The notes: generated from the letters alone by a model not told the origin. DNA of 64,000 bases from Candidatus Hodarchaeota archaeon (GCA_048887225.1 JBHLJY010000008.1:32001-96000), one strand, 5' to 3'. Positions 1 through 10,575 are shown, numbered from the stretch's first letter. Translations and numbers: made by a program.

Positions 1-263
1 GGCAACTTAGCTTCCTTCGCTAACATTTTTATTTCCATAGCAACGCTTATGGCTTCTTCCAATTTTCCAATTAAAAAATTATTATTTTGGACAACTCTCA
101 AATTATCTATTCTATCCAGAAGCCTTACCTTTTTAGCCCTTTCTTCCTCAAATGGTTTTTCTTCTATAGGTTCAGCTCTTTCTTTCGCAATGGGCTTCTT
201 CTTTGTGGGCTTTTTGGCTTTTTTCTTCTTTTTTACTTCTTTTTTATCCCTTTTTAAACTCAA
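1..263 (-). CDS. Partial hypothetical protein with Lys-rich N-terminus and helical domain (runs off window start)
   Basis: Manual translation from TTG at 263: MSLKRDKKEVKKKKKAKKPTKKKPIAKERAEP...EEAISVAMEIKMLAKEAKL, open to base 1; starts 27 nt after the stop of the upstream gene. Confidence 0.7.
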   Translation of the reverse strand, partial: MSLKRDKKEVKKKKKAKKPTKKKPIAKERAEPIEEKPFEEERAKKVRLLDRIDNLRVVQNNNFLIGKLEEAISVAMEIKMLAKEAKL

Positions 264-290
264 TATCTTACACTTAAGACTTTTTTCTAT

Positions 291-2609
291 TTATTTATTG
301 TATTCTTCTAATTGATCTATTATATTATCGTAAATCATTAACGCTTCCGTTAAATCACCTTGGCTGAGGGCTAATATTCCATTTTTGCCTAAATCAATGA
401 CATTTATTTTGATCTTTTCTAATTTATACTGCTCTAGAAGCCTATATTGGTAATTTAATGCTTCCATTTTCATGGTGCCTATATTCCATTTTACCAATTC
501 TCCATACTCCGAGCTAGTTATTTCTGCGGGTAATAAATGTGTTGGCTCTTTGATAAAATAAAGATAATAAAGTGGAATAACATCTTCAACGATTACACCA
601 TCTAATACTGAACCATATGAATTTGTAAATGGTAATACTGCTTCGTAAAGACCTTCAAGTTTTTCGAGTTTATTCAAATTGGAGTGAATTTTTATAATTT
701 TTATATTTTCTTTAAAAACAAAGATAATTGTCCGAGAAACTCTTCTACGCAAACTATAATCAATTTCAACCTTTTCTTTTAGAGGTATATTTTGAATTTG
801 CCATTTAAGTTCCAAACCTTCTTTTGTAAGAGATTTATCAGGTAATTTCTTAACTGGTTTACCATTTAATTGCATATCGGTAATTTCAAAATTATACGGA
901 ATAAGATCAGTAATAATTGCATCTTTAACAGAATCTTTAAAAGGATTTATTATGCTTGATTTTACGCTATATTTAACCATCTCATCCTTTTCTTCTATTT
1001 TTTGGACTTCAAATTTTTTTTCATACTCAACAACATCTCCAGAAGCACTCGTTAATAAAGCTCTATTTGATATTTCTTTCTTTATATCAACTCTATGCTC
1101 GATAAGCAAATTACCTAATTGATCTAATATTTTGCTAACGTCATCCGATAAGTCTCCTAAAATCTCATTAACAGCAAATTCTTCAACTAAGGGCAATACA
1201 TTTTCATTGTCAACTACAATTATTTTTTCAAGATCTTTTGCCTTTTTAGTTAATTCGATTTGTTCATTCTGTATATTAACCTTTCTTTTATCCAATTCTT
1301 CCTTTATTTCCTCTAATATTTGATTATACTCTACTACTGAATCATGTTTTTTGATAGATTCAGCAAGCTGGATTATTTTTTCGCAATTAATTAACGCAGC
1401 ATTTAAAAAATCATTTTTAATACCCTCTTTAATTTTTTCTACTAATACCGCAATTCTTTCACGGACTTTAATATACTCCATTTCGGCCTTAATAACTTCT
1501 TTTCTTTTTTCTTGAAGTTTTTTACTATATTCTAAAATCTCTTTATCTTGTACGAATTCCATTGTTGAATTTAGTCTTGATATTGCTTCTTCAAATTGGA
1601 AACTTTCTTTCAATTTGGTGCTTTCCTCTAATGATTCTTCAATCTCTTTGATCGTCACATTTTTTCTCTTCCACTCTGCATAATCGATTTCAATTTTGCT
1701 CCAGTTCTTTTTTACCACTTCGTCAATTACTCTTAAAAGAAGATCTTCTGCTTTCATCATAGTCTCTTCTACATCAGAAATTTCAAATTTTTTCATCGCT
1801 GTTTTGAGTTTAATCTCTAATTGATCAAGTTCTTTACTAAATTTTTGTTGTTTCCTCTTAAAATTATACCAAAGATTTTCATCTCTTGCTAATAATTCGT
1901 TTGTTGACGGGATGGATGTTAAATCTATTATTTTTTCATATTTCTTTTTGAATTCTTCTATGATATTATGTGCTTTAAGAATATCTTTAGGATTATTGGT
2001 TTTTATTAGCTCATCAAATTCTTTTTTAATTTCGGTTGTGTCTTCTTCCACGGTTTCAGCATTCGCTTTAATTTTATATTTTTCTTTTATCTCTTTAATA
2101 AAATCTTCTTGCTCTCTTTCCAGTGCGCTATCAATAGTTTTCTTTGCTAATTCAATAATCTTTTCGGAAATTTTTATACAATCATCGTATAGTTCCCTCT
2201 CAACAAGCGAGGTTAATTCCTTTTTCAACGATTTTATTTCTTTTAGGAGTGGTTCTAATTTCAATTCTTGTTCTTTAATGTGAGCGTTTAACTCTTCCCA
2301 GTCAAGATCAAGAAATTGAAAGAAGTCTGATGGCTCAGAACCAGATTCTATGGTAATGTTGCGCAGAATTCTTAAATGAACGGGAAGTTTTTCAGAAAAT
2401 CTTGTACGGATTTCAGGAATATAATTTCTCAAAGTTTGAGTTACATTTTTACCTATCCAAACATACATTCTCTTTTGGATTGGGATATAAATTGCTAAAA
2501 TATCAAACAAAGTAAATAAATTAAGTAAATCTTGAGAAGTTTCTATCGAAATTTCCTCAAAATTTCCAGAATAATTTAATCTAAATACTTTTAAATTTAT
2601 AACTTCCAT
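291..2609 (-). CDS. Gelsolin-domain protein with long helical region and two C-terminal beta-sandwich repeats
   Basis: N-terminal gelsolin-like motifs (VFRL, MYVWIGK, IESGSEPSDFFQFL); helical middle; repeated ITDLIP..LKWQI / VEDVIP..VKWNI; ATG at 2609 preferred to GTG at 2618. Confidence 0.7.
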   Translation of the reverse strand: MEVINLKVFRLNYSGNFEEISIETSQDLLNLFTLFDILAIYIPIQKRMYVWIGKNVTQTLRNYIPEIRTRFSEKLPVHLRILRNITIESGSEPSDFFQFLDLDWEELNAHIKEQELKLEPLLKEIKSLKKELTSLVERELYDDCIKISEKIIELAKKTIDSALEREQEDFIKEIKEKYKIKANAETVEEDTTEIKKEFDELIKTNNPKDILKAHNIIEEFKKKYEKIIDLTSIPSTNELLARDENLWYNFKRKQQKFSKELDQLEIKLKTAMKKFEISDVEETMMKAEDLLLRVIDEVVKKNWSKIEIDYAEWKRKNVTIKEIEESLEESTKLKESFQFEEAISRLNSTMEFVQDKEILEYSKKLQEKRKEVIKAEMEYIKVRERIAVLVEKIKEGIKNDFLNAALINCEKIIQLAESIKKHDSVVEYNQILEEIKEELDKRKVNIQNEQIELTKKAKDLEKIIVVDNENVLPLVEEFAVNEILGDLSDDVSKILDQLGNLLIEHRVDIKKEISNRALLTSASGDVVEYEKKFEVQKIEEKDEMVKYSVKSSIINPFKDSVKDAIITDLIPYNFEITDMQLNGKPVKKLPDKSLTKEGLELKWQIQNIPLKEKVEIDYSLRRRVSRTIIFVFKENIKIIKIHSNLNKLEKLEGLYEAVLPFTNSYGSVLDGVIVEDVIPLYYLYFIKEPTHLLPAEITSSEYGELVKWNIGTMKMEALNYQYRLLEQYKLEKIKINVIDLGKNGILALSQGDLTEALMIYDNIIDQLEEYNK

Positions 2610-2686
2610 TATAAACACTTAATAATTTGCTAAATGTTTATTTTGCTTTTATCTATTTCTCTATAATTCAAAAAAGTTTAAAACGC

Positions 2687-3112
2687 TTATAATTTTTGAT
2701 CTTGATTTGAACTGAAAATATCTTCAATTGTTTTGGTAAAAGAATTGAATCGAGAAATATTCCCGTCAAAATCTTCAATATCTTCTTTAAATTTGATGAA
2801 AAAGGCATCCAATAATTGTTTCGCTAGTATATCTAAAGACTTTTTTATTATTTTAACATCATCGTAGCCTCCTTTATCGCATTTAAAAATTGAAAGAAGA
2901 TTTGACTTTTTATGGGTGTAATAAGAATAAAAATATTTCGACATCATGATTATTCCTAAATCATCCTTTAAGCCGAATTTCGTATAGTGTGCTATTTGAT
3001 CTAAGAAACCAGCTATTAATTGATAATTAATTTCTTTTTTTGCTTTCTCTAAAAAATTATAATAAAAGAGCGCTATACCCGCTTTATTAATTATCATTAA
3101 TTCTTGGATCAA
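2687..3112 (-). CDS. Longin/roadblock-like small protein
   Basis: 141 aa, MIQELMIINKAGIALFYYNF start and C-terminal FDGNISRFNSF helix, typical of Asgard longin-like domains. Confidence 0.6.
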   Translation of the reverse strand: MIQELMIINKAGIALFYYNFLEKAKKEINYQLIAGFLDQIAHYTKFGLKDDLGIIMMSKYFYSYYTHKKSNLLSIFKCDKGGYDDVKIIKKSLDILAKQLLDAFFIKFKEDIEDFDGNISRFNSFTKTIEDIFSSNQDQKL

Positions 3113-3287
3113 TTTAACTCAAATAAATTCTTTAATGCTGATATTAAAGATTATAAAATATTATTGTATACAAATTTTGTTTTAATCCTATTTAATAGTA
3201 ATAAAAAAAAAATTATTAAAGAATTAGTGTGTAATAATTGGGCGAATAAAAAAAGAAATATACTTCATTATTTCATTTAGGCAACTT

Positions 3288-5057
3288 TCAAGGAGATTTA
3301 TTAATTTTCTTGGCCGAAGGTTTTTCTTCTATAAGTTTACCCTTTAATAAAGAAATAGCTGAAAATTCTCTATATATTGAATTAAATGCCTTTTCACGAC
3401 TAGTAATATCCACGCTTGGCATTTTTTTCCTTTTCAGTGTTCTTCGATATTTTCGGACTTTCCTAACGGGTTTTGGATATTTTAAATATAATTGATAAGC
3501 AAGAAGATATCCTCCTAAACAAATGGCACCCGAGATAGCAGCTATCGCTATTAATACATTAAACCATGGTTCTTCAATAAGAGTTGTTTTAGTTTTGTCA
3601 TCATCATCATCGGCAGCCGGAGGGGGGGGATTGTAAAATACAGTGTAAGAGATCACAAAATAAACATCATCGATTGAAATGTTGATTATACGATCTAAAT
3701 TAAATTCATCTAACATAAGAACTTGAATCGTTAGCGTGATGTTTTTTTCTATAGGTATGTAATCTGTAACATCGTATCCGCCTGATTTTACTTCTGTAAA
3801 ATTGCCATTTAATTTGGAATGGTTATACGATCTTAATTTAGTGTAAGGATATTCCGCTTGCGAAATATTATTAATTAGAAATTTGATTTCTGAATTAAAA
3901 GATTCGGAGGGCCATGTTTGATCAATTTTATATTTAAAATTAAGTAGAGCGTTGTCAATTCTTACATAACTATAGTATGGTATATGTGTAAAATTAATCA
4001 TATTACCTTTTTGGCTCCAAGATACAGATGCGAACTGGTTTATTTTCTTTCTGTAAGTAAAATTTAAACTAAAATAATTGATTAGTGTAGAATTCCAAAA
4101 ATCCATATCTGAATTACAATTATCTTCACTATGTATATCTATACCTACGATTATTGTAAAATTCTGATCGTCTTTAGATAAGATAGAAGATAAATCATCA
4201 ATTAAATCTTGTTGGGAAAGCGTATTCATATTTGTATTTTCCATTTCTAAATAATATAAAGATTCCGTATCATTAGCTAGACCTAAATTTTTAGTTTTAT
4301 TCCATGCAATCTCTCGAGGCGGATCTAATATTGGGTCATAATTAGGTTCAGCAATTCTAACATAAAAATGAGCATAATCATAAATATCTCCCTGAATGGG
4401 AAACAAAATAGCACCTTCAGGACTATCACTTGGGTGGCTTACATCAATATTTCTATCAACTGTAGCATTAACAGTTGCTAAAACACTAGCTGATATTATT
4501 TCATAATCGCTTATATTTACTGGTAACTCAACGTCATGAACCCATTGAATGCTAGGTTCTTGTCTAGGTCCTTCACTCCAGTTATGTTGAGCCCAAAAAC
4601 CATTTGGCGTAATCCCATACCTATCACTACCACCTGCCCCTCTAGTATCGGGCCATTCTGGAAAGGCATTAAAATATGGATTATGTTTGGCTTGCCATTC
4701 TTCCGGTTTCGAAAAATTTGCTATATATGTGAAATTTAGTTCCTTCCCCGTTACTAAAAAGTCTGCTTGACCTGAACTATTGCTCGCTTTGACATCCGTA
4801 GAATCTATCTCAGTAGTGTTAAACCAATGATTTATTCCAGAGGAAAAATTAGTATTTTTGAACCATTCTTCATTTGTATAAGATTGTGAAGCTGAGGTGT
4901 TAGGTTTTTTTTGTTCTCCATTTTCTATAAAATCATCTGAAAAATGTGCTATGGGTTGATTCTGTATTCTGCATTGTAGAAAAATATTTAAAGAAAATAT
5001 AATAAAAATGATTATTATAAATAGTTTTCCTTTATTTTCAATGGATTTTTTTTTCAT
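3288..5057 (-). CDS. Membrane-anchored surface glycoprotein, paralog A
   Basis: N-terminal hydrophobic signal, many NxS/T sequons, PPPPAADDDDD linker, TM helix, basic tail KYPKPVRKVRKYRRTLK. Confidence 0.8.
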   Translation of the reverse strand: MKKKSIENKGKLFIIIIFIIFSLNIFLQCRIQNQPIAHFSDDFIENGEQKKPNTSASQSYTNEEWFKNTNFSSGINHWFNTTEIDSTDVKASNSSGQADFLVTGKELNFTYIANFSKPEEWQAKHNPYFNAFPEWPDTRGAGGSDRYGITPNGFWAQHNWSEGPRQEPSIQWVHDVELPVNISDYEIISASVLATVNATVDRNIDVSHPSDSPEGAILFPIQGDIYDYAHFYVRIAEPNYDPILDPPREIAWNKTKNLGLANDTESLYYLEMENTNMNTLSQQDLIDDLSSILSKDDQNFTIIVGIDIHSEDNCNSDMDFWNSTLINYFSLNFTYRKKINQFASVSWSQKGNMINFTHIPYYSYVRIDNALLNFKYKIDQTWPSESFNSEIKFLINNISQAEYPYTKLRSYNHSKLNGNFTEVKSGGYDVTDYIPIEKNITLTIQVLMLDEFNLDRIINISIDDVYFVISYTVFYNPPPPAADDDDDKTKTTLIEEPWFNVLIAIAAISGAICLGGYLLAYQLYLKYPKPVRKVRKYRRTLKRKKMPSVDITSREKAFNSIYREFSAISLLKGKLIEEKPSAKKINKSP

Positions 5058-5085
5058 TCTTATCTTTTCTTTTATTTTAATTTTT

Positions 5086-6855
5086 TTACTCTATTGTTTT
5101 TTTAGCTATTTTATCTGCTATAGGTTTTTTTTCGATGGGTTTACCTTTTAAAAAAGAAATAGCTGAAAATTCTCTGTATATTGAATTAAATGCCTTTTCA
5201 CGACTAATAATGTCCACGCTCGGCAATTTTTTCCTTTTCAATGTTCTTCTATATTTCCGAACTTTTCTAACAGGTTTAGGGTATTTTAAGACTCTTATAT
5301 AATAAACAAGATAACTACCTAAGCAAATAGCACCGGCCGTAGCAATTATCGCTATTAATAGGAAAAACCAGAACTCTTCAATAAAGGTTGTTTTAGTTTT
5401 GCCATCACCATCGGCAGCCGGAGGGGGAGGATTATAAAATACGGTGTAGGAGATTACAAAATAGATATCATCGATTGAAATATTGATTAAACGATCTAAA
5501 TTGAACTCATCTAACATAAGAACTTGAATCGTTAGCGTGATGTTTTTTTCTATAGGTATGTAATCTGTAACATCGTATCCACCTGATTTTACTTCTATAA
5601 AATTTCCATCTAATTCTGTATAGTTATAGGATCTTAATTTAGTGTAAGGATATTCCACTTGCGAAATATTATTAATTAAAAATTTAATTTCAGAATTATA
5701 AGATTCGGAGGGCCAGTTTTGATTAATTTTGTATTTAAAATTAAGTTGAGCATTGTCAATCCGCGTAGAACTATAGTATGGTTCGCTTGTATGGTTAATC
5801 ATATTTCCTCTTTGATTCCATGATACAGATGTAAATTGGTCTATTTTTTTTCTATAAGTGAAATTCAAACTAAACGAATTGATATAAATACTTTCCCATT
5901 GATCCCAGTCCGTTGGATGAAAATTATCTTCGCAAAAAATATCTACTCCAACAATAATGCTGAAATTTTTATAATCCTTTGATAGAGCGGACGTTAAATA
6001 ACTTTTAATATCAGACTCTGGAACAGTATTCATAAAAGTGTTTTCCATTACTCTATAATCCAAACCTTCCGATAAATTATATAATCCTAATATTTTGGTT
6101 CTGTTCCACGCAATCTCTCGAGGTGGTTCAGTATCGGGGTCATAATTAGGTTTTGCGATCCGTATGTAAAATTGTAGATGATCGTAATCAACACCCCAAG
6201 TATAATCAGGTGTAATTTGCACGCCTTCGGGAGTATCACTTTTATGATTCGCGTCAATATTTCTATTAACGCTTGCATTAACAGTCCCAGAAACTTCAGC
6301 AGACGTAATGATATAATCACTCATATTTACAGGCATTTCAACTTCATGAACCCAATTAACACTTGGTTTCTGTATGGGTGTTTCTTGAAAACTATGGCGA
6401 GTCCAAAATCCATCTTCTCTAATTTCATGTTGGTCACTACCATCATGAGGCCATACAGGATATGAAGGTCTATATGGATTATTTTCAGTATTCCATTCTT
6501 CGGGTCTTGAGAAGTTCACCACATAAGTAAAATTTCGTTCTTCACCTAACACTAAAATATCTGCTTGACCTGAACTATTGCTTGCTCTAACATCTGTAGG
6601 ATCTAATTCGGTGGTATTAAACCAATGTTCTATTCCAGAGGAAAAATCAGCATTTTTTAACCACACCACATTTTGATAAGATTGTGAAGATGATGTTTGA
6701 GGTATTCCATCCATTTTATTATCGATTAAATTCTCTGAATTAAAAGTTGAATGTTGATTTTTAATAAGACTTAGTACAAATATGTTGAAAGATAAAGTTA
6801 CTACAATAATAATCAGATACAATTTTTTCTTAGATTTATTCTTCATTATGCTCAT
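5086..6855 (-). CDS. Membrane-anchored surface glycoprotein, paralog B
   Basis: Same architecture as 3288-5057; start moved to ATG 6855 (or 6846) downstream of GGAG, matching paralog length. Confidence 0.8.
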   Translation of the reverse strand: MSIMKNKSKKKLYLIIIVVTLSFNIFVLSLIKNQHSTFNSENLIDNKMDGIPQTSSSQSYQNVVWLKNADFSSGIEHWFNTTELDPTDVRASNSSGQADILVLGEERNFTYVVNFSRPEEWNTENNPYRPSYPVWPHDGSDQHEIREDGFWTRHSFQETPIQKPSVNWVHEVEMPVNMSDYIITSAEVSGTVNASVNRNIDANHKSDTPEGVQITPDYTWGVDYDHLQFYIRIAKPNYDPDTEPPREIAWNRTKILGLYNLSEGLDYRVMENTFMNTVPESDIKSYLTSALSKDYKNFSIIVGVDIFCEDNFHPTDWDQWESIYINSFSLNFTYRKKIDQFTSVSWNQRGNMINHTSEPYYSSTRIDNAQLNFKYKINQNWPSESYNSEIKFLINNISQVEYPYTKLRSYNYTELDGNFIEVKSGGYDVTDYIPIEKNITLTIQVLMLDEFNLDRLINISIDDIYFVISYTVFYNPPPPAADGDGKTKTTFIEEFWFFLLIAIIATAGAICLGSYLVYYIRVLKYPKPVRKVRKYRRTLKRKKLPSVDIISREKAFNSIYREFSAISFLKGKPIEKKPIADKIAKKTIE

Positions 6856-7150
6856 ATCTGATAATTGTCTCCTTAGAAAATTCTTATTACAATTTCTACT
6901 AATATATAATATAATAAATAATTGCTTTATTTCCAAATAATCTTTTTATAATTTTATAATTAATTATTATAAAATACTTATTTATATAATTTTATGATGA
7001 AGTGTTATTAAACTATAATCATTAAAAGAGTTTTGAGATTTCAATTTTTTCAAATAAAAACTGAATTTGGAATAATAAACAAGAGATACGGATAAAAAAG
7101 AAAGAGACTTAATTATTTTTTAATTTTCTTGGGGAAGGTTTTTCTATTGT

Positions 7151-8878
7151 TTATTTAGCTATTTTATCGGCTATAGGTTTTTTTTCTATAGGTTTACTTT
7201 TTAATAAAGAAGTAGCTGAAACTTCTCTGTATATTGAATTAAATGCATTTTCACGACTAATAATCTCCACGCTTGGCATTTTTTTCCTTTTCAGTGTTCT
7301 TCGATATTTTCGGACTTTCCTAACAGGTTTTGGATATTTTAAAACTCTTATATAATAGACGAGATAACCACCTAGGCAAACAGCGCCCCCGATAGCAGCT
7401 ATAGCTATTAATAGATTGAACCATGGTTCTTCAATAATCGTTGTTTTAGTTTTGTCATCATCATCATCGGCAGCTGGAGGGGGGGGATTGTAAAATACAG
7501 TGTATGAGATTACAAAATCTACATTATCAATTGAAATATTAATAATTTGATTTAATTCAAACTCGTCCCCCATGAAAACTTGAATAGAAAGAGTAATGTT
7601 TTCTTCTATAGGAATATAATTAGTGACATCATAACCACCTGTAATTGCTTCTTGAAATGATTCATTAGCAGAACTTAGTTTAATAAAAGCATATTTTGTT
7701 TGTTCAAAGTCATTTATTAAAAATTTGATTTCTGAATTTGGAGAAGTAGTGGTTTCTGTCCAATTTTTATCAATTTTATAATCAAAATTAAGATTAGCAT
7801 CGTCAATTCTAGTATAACTGTAGTATGGCTCGTTTGTATGGTTAATCATATTCCCCATCTGATTCCACGACAAAGAAGTACCATAGTCTATCTTTTTCTC
7901 ATATGTAAATGTTAAGTTAAGTGATTTAAAACGCATATCTGTCCATTCATCACGATCTGTAGTGGATAAATTATCTTCACAGTACATAAATATCCCCAAT
8001 ATAACTGTAAAATTATTATGACCAGGATCGACTGCTAAAACATTAGTTATTGCGTCTATTATAGCTTGTTGGCCGTAGGTTCCAATTAATCCTTCCATAT
8101 CATAATACAGTAAATTTTCATTTCCTAATAAACGGGTTTGGTTAAAAGCAATCCTATATGTATTCAATTCGTTAACATCTAAATCACTTATTTCAACATA
8201 AAATTGTGCCCAATCATATGTTTCATATTGGTTTATAGCTACCTGACCAGGAAGCCATCTAGCCCATACATCATTAGGTGTATCAATATTTTGATCGACA
8301 CTAGCATTTATAATTGCCTCAAAATCTGCCGAGGTAATTATATAATCTGACATGTCAAATGGCATACTTACATTTATTTTCCAATGCATTCGGGGGGTAT
8401 TTTTAGGTTGTTCTCCTGGATCATTTTCCCACCACTCATGACCACAATAAGCTCCGTCAACATCAACTCCATAGCCTAAGTCTGGTAAAATGACCAAATC
8501 CGTCTTATTGAAAGGTACCCAATTTGAATATGTTGTTGAATTGAGAATTACTTGTTTTTCATCTTTATACCCTTTTATTAAATAACTAGCTACTCCACCA
8601 CCTGCACTTGCGCTAACATCAGATGAATCTCCTTGCGTAGTATTAAACCAAGGATCTTTCCCTGTGGAAAAGTCTGTATTATTCATCCATTCAATATTCA
8701 CATATGAGATTGATGTCACAGCCGAGGTGCGAGGATTTCCTTGTTCTTCAATTTCAATAGTGTTTAAAGAATTATTTTTATCATGTGTTTCAGTCAGTAA
8801 TAATAGAGATAAAGAAAATATAATAAAAATACTAACTATTTTTAAAGGTGTCCAAATACTTTTACTAATTAGATTCAT
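7151..8878 (-). CDS. Membrane-anchored surface glycoprotein, paralog C
   Basis: Same architecture and tail as paralogs A and B. Confidence 0.8.
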   Translation of the reverse strand: MNLISKSIWTPLKIVSIFIIFSLSLLLLTETHDKNNSLNTIEIEEQGNPRTSAVTSISYVNIEWMNNTDFSTGKDPWFNTTQGDSSDVSASAGGGVASYLIKGYKDEKQVILNSTTYSNWVPFNKTDLVILPDLGYGVDVDGAYCGHEWWENDPGEQPKNTPRMHWKINVSMPFDMSDYIITSADFEAIINASVDQNIDTPNDVWARWLPGQVAINQYETYDWAQFYVEISDLDVNELNTYRIAFNQTRLLGNENLLYYDMEGLIGTYGQQAIIDAITNVLAVDPGHNNFTVILGIFMYCEDNLSTTDRDEWTDMRFKSLNLTFTYEKKIDYGTSLSWNQMGNMINHTNEPYYSYTRIDDANLNFDYKIDKNWTETTTSPNSEIKFLINDFEQTKYAFIKLSSANESFQEAITGGYDVTNYIPIEENITLSIQVFMGDEFELNQIINISIDNVDFVISYTVFYNPPPPAADDDDDKTKTTIIEEPWFNLLIAIAAIGGAVCLGGYLVYYIRVLKYPKPVRKVRKYRRTLKRKKMPSVEIISRENAFNSIYREVSATSLLKSKPIEKKPIADKIAK

Positions 8879-9209
8879 ATTGGAAATAGTCCTTTTGAAT
8901 AATTTCTATTACATTATTTATTTTTATTTGGAAAATAAGAATTCATCTTATTTATATAATTTTTAATTTAATTATAAATAAAATCTTTGATTATGAATTT
9001 CATATGAGATACTTTTATACCTAAATCAAGCTTGACAAATGTTAATTAACTAAAAATAATATAATTTAAAAATATTGCATTTCAATTATGAACTTAAAAT
9101 GATATAATTTAATAAATCATTCTGTAATAAATTATTTTAGAGCAAAAAATTTTTAAAAAATTAAATACAATAGAAATTATTTAAAAAAAGAGTTAAGGCG
9201 ATTATAAAA

Positions 9210-10541
9210 TTGATTCAAGGTATATTATCATTTCAATTTGTTTTAAATCAAACTGATAAGGGGGAAATTTCACCGGAATTTAGACCTATTCAAGTTATTT
9301 TTAAAGAAGGAGAAGAGCTTTTCACCAAAGATAATTTTGCTGACTTAATTATAGAGAATGACCTTTTTGCTACGTTTTATCAGCATACGACGGGAATTTA
9401 CGGAGAAAAAGGTCCGGTTAGTAATTTTTATACAGGGCGCTTAAAAGAAACACCTTATCAAGTTTTATCCTATTTTCGACAAGAGAAGGATGGTTCACAA
9501 TTTATAACAATAGCAATATTCGAATTAGATGATGAGATTGAGCTATTCGAGGATATGATTAAGGACTTAGCAACTAGACTAGATGTCATATTTCAAACAC
9601 TATTAAGAGCTCAAAACTCAAGGCAAATCTCTCAAATTTCTAACGTAAATATCAGACTGGCTAATGAACTCAAATTTACAATCTTTCAAATTGAAAGATT
9701 AATGCGATTAGATAAACTCCAGAAAGTTGCTTTAATATATAATAGTCTCGAACGATTAAAAATACTAGAGATTTTACGCGAAAGACCAATTTTAAAAGAA
9801 GAGTTGAAAAGTATTATCGAAAAATTAAAACCTACTATAAACATTGATATACTTCTCAGACCTTTTTTAGAATTAAATTTAATTCGGCGGGATTGGAGCA
9901 AGGGAGAAAAGGATAAGGAAACTGGTATTATTAGAAATCAGGGAGAATATTTATTTTTAGTAAAAGATATTGTATTAGCACGCGTTCCTAGCGAATATAT
10001 AATAAACCATTTAAAAGAATCAAAAATAGAATTATTTGAATTATATAAACAAAAAGTAATTGAATTCTTTTCAAATTACGATCCATTGACAGAACCAATT
10101 GAAGAAACGAGAAAATTAGCGGCGATACTTTTAAATCCTGATATATACGATTTTTTTGCACTTCTACGCTCTAACTATTATCCTTTTGATAAAATTCCAA
10201 AAGTATTCTCAGATTTTGCTGTAACCGAAATTCTTTTAGATAATCTAAAGAAATTAAATGTTATAACTGAGATCACCGTGGAAGAAGAGGTAGAAGAAAA
10301 AGAAACACAAGAAATAAAAGAAAAAAAGAAAAAAGAAATAAAAGAAAAAAAGAAAGAAGAACGAAAATGGATATTATTATTAACAGATATAGAACCATTA
10401 ATTATATTTCCAGAATATATCCTTCCCTTTATTCGAGAATCCTTTAAATCTGATGATAAAAAAGTGCAAATATCACATGTAATAGCTAAGAAAGCTTATG
10501 ATTTATTGGAGGTTACTTTTCCAGAGAAAGTCGAATTTTAG
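9210..10541 (+). CDS. Hypothetical protein, putative longin-like N-terminal domain plus winged-helix domains
   Basis: 443 aa ORF; ERLKILEILRERPILKEEL...LLRPFLELNLIRRDW wHTH-like segment; N-terminal fold inferred from alpha/beta pattern only. Confidence 0.5.
   Translation: MIQGILSFQFVLNQTDKGEISPEFRPIQVIFKEGEELFTKDNFADLIIENDLFATFYQHTTGIYGEKGPVSNFYTGRLKETPYQVLSYFRQEKDGSQFITIAIFELDDEIELFEDMIKDLATRLDVIFQTLLRAQNSRQISQISNVNIRLANELKFTIFQIERLMRLDKLQKVALIYNSLERLKILEILRERPILKEELKSIIEKLKPTINIDILLRPFLELNLIRRDWSKGEKDKETGIIRNQGEYLFLVKDIVLARVPSEYIINHLKESKIELFELYKQKVIEFFSNYDPLTEPIEETRKLAAILLNPDIYDFFALLRSNYYPFDKIPKVFSDFAVTEILLDNLKKLNVITEITVEEEVEEKETQEIKEKKKKEIKEKKKEERKWILLLTDIEPLIIFPEYILPFIRESFKSDDKKVQISHVIAKKAYDLLEVTFPEKVEF
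10311..10358 (+). repeat. 24-nt tandem duplication encoding EIKEKKKK/EIKEKKKE
   Basis: gaaataaaagaaaaaaagaaaaaa followed by gaaataaaagaaaaaaagaaagaa. Confidence 0.8.
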
Positions 10542-10575
10542 GTGAGATGATAATTAAAAGAGGTGAATTAAAAAG

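Noticed and set aside
49-315. 88-aa Phe-rich plus-strand ORF
   Set aside because: Antisense of a Lys-rich minus-strand gene (263 to <1)
3288-8878. Diversity-generating retroelement behind the variable surface genes (also considered for 45473-46804)
   Set aside because: No reverse transcriptase or non-coding template repeat in the window, and differences are not confined to adenines
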